Part shown: one piece after another, positions 57,303 to 64,000 of the stretch
How the letters are laid out: each line of letters begins with the position of its first letter
How positions within the stretch are numbered: the first letter of the stretch is position 1
Assembly: GCA_009914755.4 (NCBI GenBank)
Contig: CP068257.2
Location: forward strand, 17,920,001-17,984,000
DNA from: the human T2T-CHM13v2.0 reference genome, Homo sapiens
DNA: 64,000 nt
Direction of reading: 5' to 3'
Notes under the pieces: model-generated
The model's input: the letters and a program-made list of their open reading frames with translations, nothing else
Databases searched by the model: none
What the model was told of the DNA's origin: nothing
Translations under genes and position numbers: made by a program

Positions 57303-60300
57303 AAATATGAATGTTCAGTAAACTAACTAAATATAATACAATGAAAATAATACAAAAATATGTACTATTTTTATAAAATGTCTTGATCTTTAGTATTTCA
57401 TAATTGAATATTTTTTGATATTTATATAAATACAAACAAATTTGAATTTGTCTGATTTCACAATTTTTTATATCACTCAACATTTTTCAATGTAGTATAG
57501 AATATTTTACATATGTACACAGATCTATATTTACACATCCCAGACTCACATTCAAAATGCATTCTATGTTGAGCAAATTATTCAAATTCAAACCCATACA
57601 TAGAGGTAATATTGGCTAAAATAAAAATAATTTTGTAGTTTCAAAATACTTCTGAAATAAATTTAATTCAATAACAGAAATGAATCATTATTTCCTTAGC
57701 TTGATTAAAGAGGTATCAAAGAGCTTATTTCATTTTAATTCCAGAAAATTTAGTGATTACTGAGGAATGTTCTTGACATATGCAGTTTTTATACAAATGT
57801 TGACTTATGAGTGGCATATTTAATATTTTGGCCTCTCTTTATTACTTCTCATCATTATGATTTTGAAAAATTCCCTAATGGGGCATAAATTTGCTAGTGT
57901 CTGTCAATACGAAAAACAGTCATTAAACAATAACAAAGGCCATGACTTTCCCTCTTCTCAACTATCATATCTCCTAAACAGAAATTTGATGCAGCTGATA
58001 TATTTGTATTAATAACATCTGCTGCTTTCATCATTAAATTCTACCCACTGGTTAATGCCTGGAGCTGCAAAATTATGAGAATTAGCTGAAGGAGTCTCAA
58101 ATTAAAGAATAAAATGAAAACTTTGAAAACATGTATTGCCACCTATAATACTTCATAGTGGGCAAAATAACAGCCTCCAACCATACATGGAATGCATCAC
58201 ACTTCTTAATAGTGGTGGAAATTTAAATAAATGAAAATTATTGGAGAAAAGTTCAGTTTATATTGTTGGGTTAAGACTAGAGAATAAAAAAATAAGCTTC
58301 AGAAATGTGATGAAGTTAATTCAATGTCTGAATCCAAGATAGAAAGCCTCATTTCTGAGAAACTGTATATCTGACTATGTGTAATATTAGGTCGTTTGTA
58401 ATTAAGGAATATTTAAAGTAAATTTAAACATTAAATGCAGGTAACAATCTAACATATACATCATAAATATGAAAATGATTCTTTAGGCCTGTTTAACATT
58501 ATAATGTAAAGATTACAGAAAAATGAATATACTAGGAGGGATATAAGTAGGTACCCATAAAGATTATATTCCAGGGATATCTTTGGTTTTAAAGTCCCTT
58601 TGTACTATAAAGTAACAAAATAAAAAAAACTATATCTTCTCCCTCATGTCAGTCACTGAGGACATTCTTGCTGACTTTATTTGTTCACTTTAGGATTTTC
58701 CTTGAAATCAGGTTGTGTTGTACATGATTGCCATAAATTGATCATAATCACTCCTGCATTATCTAATGTGGGTCTACGTACATAAGATAAGAATCTACCT
58801 CTAGGTTTTGGAAACTTGGTTGGGAGAATTTCTATGTAAAATTCCTTTGTTTACATGCCTGGCTAATTCTTTGCTTTGTTCTCATCTAGAGATTGCTAGA
58901 TTCTTTTGTTCACTTAGACTATGATCTTCATTTTCAGAATTCATAATGCCATTCAGTTGATCCGTGCATTCCCTTCCCAACATTATATTTTAGCAGCATG
59001 CTCCATGACACTTCAACGCTCTCAATGTTTTGGTTAAGTGGCTTGTAGCTCCTTGTCATAATAATTTGAAACATTTGCCTTCATTTGGAAACATTTTTAA
59101 TAAATATATAACAAATCATAGATTATTTTTTAGAACTTTGAAAATTACTAAAATAGTAAATCTCCAATTTTCCAACTGTAAATTAAATTATTTTGTGATA
59201 TACAGCTTCATTATAATACACTACATATTTTAAAAATCTGTCTCATTATAAAAGTGTCAATTTCCAATGATGCTGTTGATTAAAGAAATTTAACATTTTA
59301 TCTGAATACTACAGGATTTAAATTGTTTGCTAATATATATAGGGTTCATAGAGTGTTAAGACATATAATGATTCATCAAGCAAAAATTAATTCAGGATCT
59401 AAAATCAATGGCAGGCTTAATGCTTTTTAAAATAGATAACACTGTTTTAATTAAAAATGTCAGCAATGTAATTACTCCTTAAGCAAAAGGCCACAGAGGG
59501 GAAAATTGAATAATACTTAAGTTGAGCATATGAAAAAATTAATTTGTGTTAAAAAGTAGCAATTAGACATTTCCTTGGCAGCATGAGAGATCATAATCTC
59601 AAGTCTTGTGCTCATTTGCAAAATATAACTTATTAGATTTAGTTTAAAGAAAAATAGTATATTTTTAAAACTGTAGAAAATAGCAGTGGTTACAAAATCC
59701 AAAAATTCATCTTATCTTAAAATATTTCTGGGATATTTCAGATTTCATTTGACCCTTTAAATCTTTTGCTTCTTCTTTCCTGTAGTAAGTCAGGACTAAA
59801 ATTTCAGTCACACTAAAATTTTAACATTTCTACATTATTTTGAATTTCTTAGTTAATTGCCAAAATATGTACTTCTTGATATCTGAAAAAACCGATCACT
59901 TAAGATTGGTCAGTTTGGGAGTGGATGTGTAGTTTGTTTACAGGGATCTTGAAGAGGCTCAATTTGAAATTCTGAGGAATGCCAGCAATGAGAAGACAGT
60001 CAGAGAAAGAGGATTCAGTGAAGACACTTGAGAAAGAATGTTCAGAAAATTAGGAGTAAAAACCTTGATGTCTTGGAAATATAAATAAAAAGAAAAGATA
60101 ATCACATTGTAAGAAGACATGCCAAAGGTATAAAATGCTTCAGAGAGATTAAGAATTAAAATATACCCATTTGATTGAGCAATCAGTAGGTTTATGGGGG
60201 TCACATTTATGAGTCATCTAGTGAAAAGGTAAAAGTAAATGCCTAAATGAAATAAGTGAAAAAAGCTGATGAGGTGATGAACTGGATTATAAATTGTGGT

Positions 60301-62954
60301 TTGGAAAACCTCATTTGGATAGATTAGCCACATGAATGTAAGCAAGGAAGCAGAGAAGTAAGTCCTGGAGAAGGAGGGGTATACGATTGGGTGATTTTAT
60401 GCTTCATGTCATCTATAATTTATCTGTTCAGAAGCAAGTATGATTCCTGATAGAGAGAAAATATGAGTGGTAGGAGATACCTGTCTGGGAAAAGAGGCAT
60501 GTAAGATGGCTGGATTAAAGCTTTGAGATCATTTACCTTGAGTAAAATTATGAATTAAAATAAATTACACAGAGCTTATAATTTTCAAGAATAACGGATC
60601 GAAAAAAAAAAAGCAACAGGCATGTCCAGGTGCTTATCTGACACATTTCTCTGTATCAAAATCTACTTGCATACTAAATTATATAGCTCTTTAAATAAAG
60701 AGTTAAAGCCATCACTCAGCTATGCCGAGAACCTCAGAAGTACTAGGGCTTGGCTTCTGAGAGTGGTTAGAGCCCAAGTCATAATGAGGAGGCACCAGTT
60801 TAACATTTGCTTAAGGAGGAGGCAGTGCATTTGGTCTCAGATATTTGCACGTGGTACTGGATGACCAGTAAAGGGATGTTATAACTGGTGGTTCTTTGAC
60901 TACAGAAGACCATCTATTCATTCTCATTAAGGGGTGGCAGGTGTGTTTTAATGAATGTCTGCAGCAAGATAGACTGATGATATCACTGGGAGTTGGGCAG
61001 AGAATCAAGACAGTGAGATTTAAAGCACAAGAAGGATTCACTATGCCATCAATGGCTTGACAATGGAGGCTATGAACATGATATGAAATGTAGACGAAGT
61101 CTAGAAATTGAGGAGATGGCTACTTTTGTGGCTTATATTTACACTGGCTGCATTAGTAACTATTTTAGAAGGTCTATGTGTCCTACTAAGTGCTATTGTT
61201 CTTCACACATTGTGTAAGAAAAATTAAATCTTCATGAGAAAATTGGAAATGTATTAAGTTGTCAAGAGTCACAATGTTGGTCCTTCAGGCTTCAAAAGAA
61301 CAGGAGATATAGACCTTGAGCAAAATATCTCACAAACCAGTTGATCAAGTTTGATGTTTGTTGAAACCTTTGTGGTCACTGTGACTTTGATAATCTTTGT
61401 GGTGAGACCTTCCCATGGACACAGACATTTATAAAACAATATGCTCTATAACTGGAGCATTTCCAGTATCCTGTTTTAAAGTCCTGGGTATTGTTATTAA
61501 ATTGCTTTTTGTTTGAAAGACTGTGCTGGAATTCCTTTGCTTGAATTCTTCTTCTAAGCTTTATAGTCTGTGTAAGCACACAGATTAATTCTCTATTACG
61601 GCCCTGGATATATGCAATGCATCTATGGTGATTCTATTATATTTATGTATTTTTATACCACCAGTTTTAACTAGTTCTCTTCTTCTACTTAAAGAGTGAC
61701 GAAATATGCCTGCTGATTGATGATAGTTTGAGTGTCTACAATTTTGTGGGAAAAAATATCTGTAATATTTTTGGGCTTTTAAAGGTGTCAGTTTTCATCT
61801 ACCAAGTCAGCCTCTGTCTTTTCCAAAGATGAGAAAGCAATGAATGATGAACTCTCTAATAAGCATGCAATTCTTAATAATAATGAAGAAAATTTAACCC
61901 AGGTAATTACATAGCAAACAGTAGAAAACCCCCTAGAGAAATGAAAATCCAATGCCTTTATGAAGAAAAATATGTAAAACTTAATCTGTAATTTTGCAAC
62001 TAAATGAATTTGAATATCAAATGTATCTGAAAATGCATCTTCCTGTGTTAACCAGAATTAGAATTGTAAGATGTTTCCTGTGACATTTACTCCCAGGTAT
62101 CAGTCCTATGACTATGTTACGCTACATGCCAAGAGACTTTGCAAATGTAGGTGAGATTAAGGAGCTGATTATAAAATAGAGAAAGTATTCAAGTATAGCT
62201 AACCTAATCACATGAGCCCTTTTAGAGCAGAGTTTTCACACTGCTGACAGAAGATGAAGTCAGAGAGATTTGAAGCACAAGAAGGCTGTTACCATGTACT
62301 TGCTGGCTTTAAAAATGGAGGGAGTTATATGAGAAGGATTGCAGGTGGTATCTAGAAACTGAAAACAGCCCTTGGATACAACAAGAAACTGAATTTGGCC
62401 AGCAACCTGAATGAGCTTGAAAGGGAATTCCTCCCCAGAAACTCCTGATAAGAGCTCAGCTCAACCAAGACCTTGACTGTAGTTTGTAAGAAACTAAACA
62501 GAGACCAAGCTGAACCTATCTGGACTTGTGACCTTCAGAAACTGTCATATAATAAATGGGTGTAGTTTTAAGTAATTCACAACTAATTTAATGGTAATTT
62601 GTTACTCACCAAAGGAAAACTAAACCAGTTCCTCAAATAACATACTCGAAAGACAATCATTTTAAGTTATCATTAATTTAAAACAAGAACAATTCTCTCT
62701 TATATTTACACAACAGTGTGTCAACAAAAATGACCTTAGCTGATGGCTGGCTTTTATTTCTGTTAGCATTCATATTTTCAATGTCAACTCTTTCACTAAA
62801 AACTAAATGCACTAAAGACAATTTTAAGAATAAACAAACAAGTAATTTATTTCTTCATTGCTGAAATGAAAATCGTAAAATTTTGAAATGCACTAGTATG
62901 GTAGGCCTCTTTATTGTTAAATTTGCATTTTATTTGGTATTAAAACATTAAGAC

Positions 62955-63253
<299 letters not shown>

Positions 63254-64000
63254 TTAAAACAGAAACCTTTACGTCCACTGTAGTATGAGACTGTATTATT
63301 TGGCCAAAATTATTTCTATTTTCTTCAATCCTGCTATGACTTCCCTGTGGGTTGATATGACTTTCACATACTCCACTGATGAAATATGAGACTTATTTGG
63401 CCAATGGAAGAAGGACAGAAGTGAAAATCAACCAGTTCTAAGATTATTCCTTAAGAAGCATAACAAGTTTCCCCTCATCCTTTTGGAGCTTTTACTGTCT
63501 TCAATGAGCAAGCAGGCCCCAGGCGAATATTGTAAAATAATTTAATTGCAGTATTAGGATTGATACTTCTAACAGTTAAGAAATGGGAAATGCACTGGCA
63601 CATTTGTCTGTTTTTCTTTTAAATAAGAGTCTGAATTATGCCTAATCCTTAAGTTCAAATTTTAGAAATACTGTTTTTACATAGACTAAGATGTATCTAG
63701 ACCTTCGAAGATGAGTATGTCTAAGTTTTAGGCGTTTCTCTTAAGTCGATCAATATACTATAGGCCTTTAAAATATAAAAATATTTTATTTTTAAAAGTC
63801 TTTTTTAAGTCAATACGTGTTACCTTCGTTAAATCAAGATGAGCCTAAAGGTGTCCCGTTGCATAGTTTAAGTTTAGCCTAAAGGTTTTTCTGTACATCA
63901 TCAACTATAACAAATGGAGGTGTAACCAGACTGCAGCCTACACTTGTGCCAATCACTGAGTTTTGGACAGTCAAATGTAGTCAATTGTTTGAACCTTGTT

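Overview
This window is primate (human-type) nuclear DNA, not a prokaryotic locus. It is AT-rich, dense in interspersed repeats and gene-poor. I can support the following from the sequence:

- **Alu SINEs:** 14 elements in both orientations, several with clear target-site duplications (TSDs) and A-tails.
- **Two young AluY-like copies** (1740-2047, 14538-14851) retain many CpGs and perfect TSDs.
- **L1 LINE sequence:** a composite ancient L1 (L1PB/L1MA-like) of about 5.4 kb on the minus strand (~24970-30400), a 5'-truncated L1M 3' fragment on the plus strand (~10240-11745), and a third L1M 3' end carrying a tandem duplication.
- **Insertions nested in the composite L1:** two Alus of opposite orientation and a solo ERVL-MaLR LTR with a 5-bp TSD.
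- **ERVL-MaLR solo LTRs** (THE1/MST/MLT-type), at least six copies.
- **MIR fragments**, two.
- **Microsatellites and minisatellites**, many: (CA)n, (GT)n, a compound (CT)n(CA)n, (GAAA)n tails and AT-rich tandem arrays.

I could not support any protein-coding exon, CpG island, rRNA, tRNA or CRISPR array. The ORFs in the supplied track are short, low-complexity or Alu/microsatellite-derived. The longest is 143 aa and K/R-rich, and I judge it spurious. No defence system or operon is present.

The structures worth a second look are all repeat-architecture features:

- **A MITE-like hairpin (16236-16471):** a 236-bp unit with perfect 30-bp terminal inverted repeats.
- **LTR-like direct repeats (40915-41232 and 47440-47760):** a pair of ~320-bp direct repeats, ~85% identical, bracketing ~6.2 kb. 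They may be a degraded provirus or a low-copy duplication.
- **Direct repeats flanking the L1M fragment (10084-10237 and 11753-11903):** ~150-bp copies abutting both ends of the 5'-truncated L1M fragment. They could be an unusually long TSD.
- **An exact 2 x 113-bp tandem duplication (51393-51618)** inside an ancient L1 3' UTR.
- **Inverted Alu and LTR pairs.**

Family and subfamily assignments are from memory of consensus sequences and should be confirmed with RepeatMasker/Dfam.
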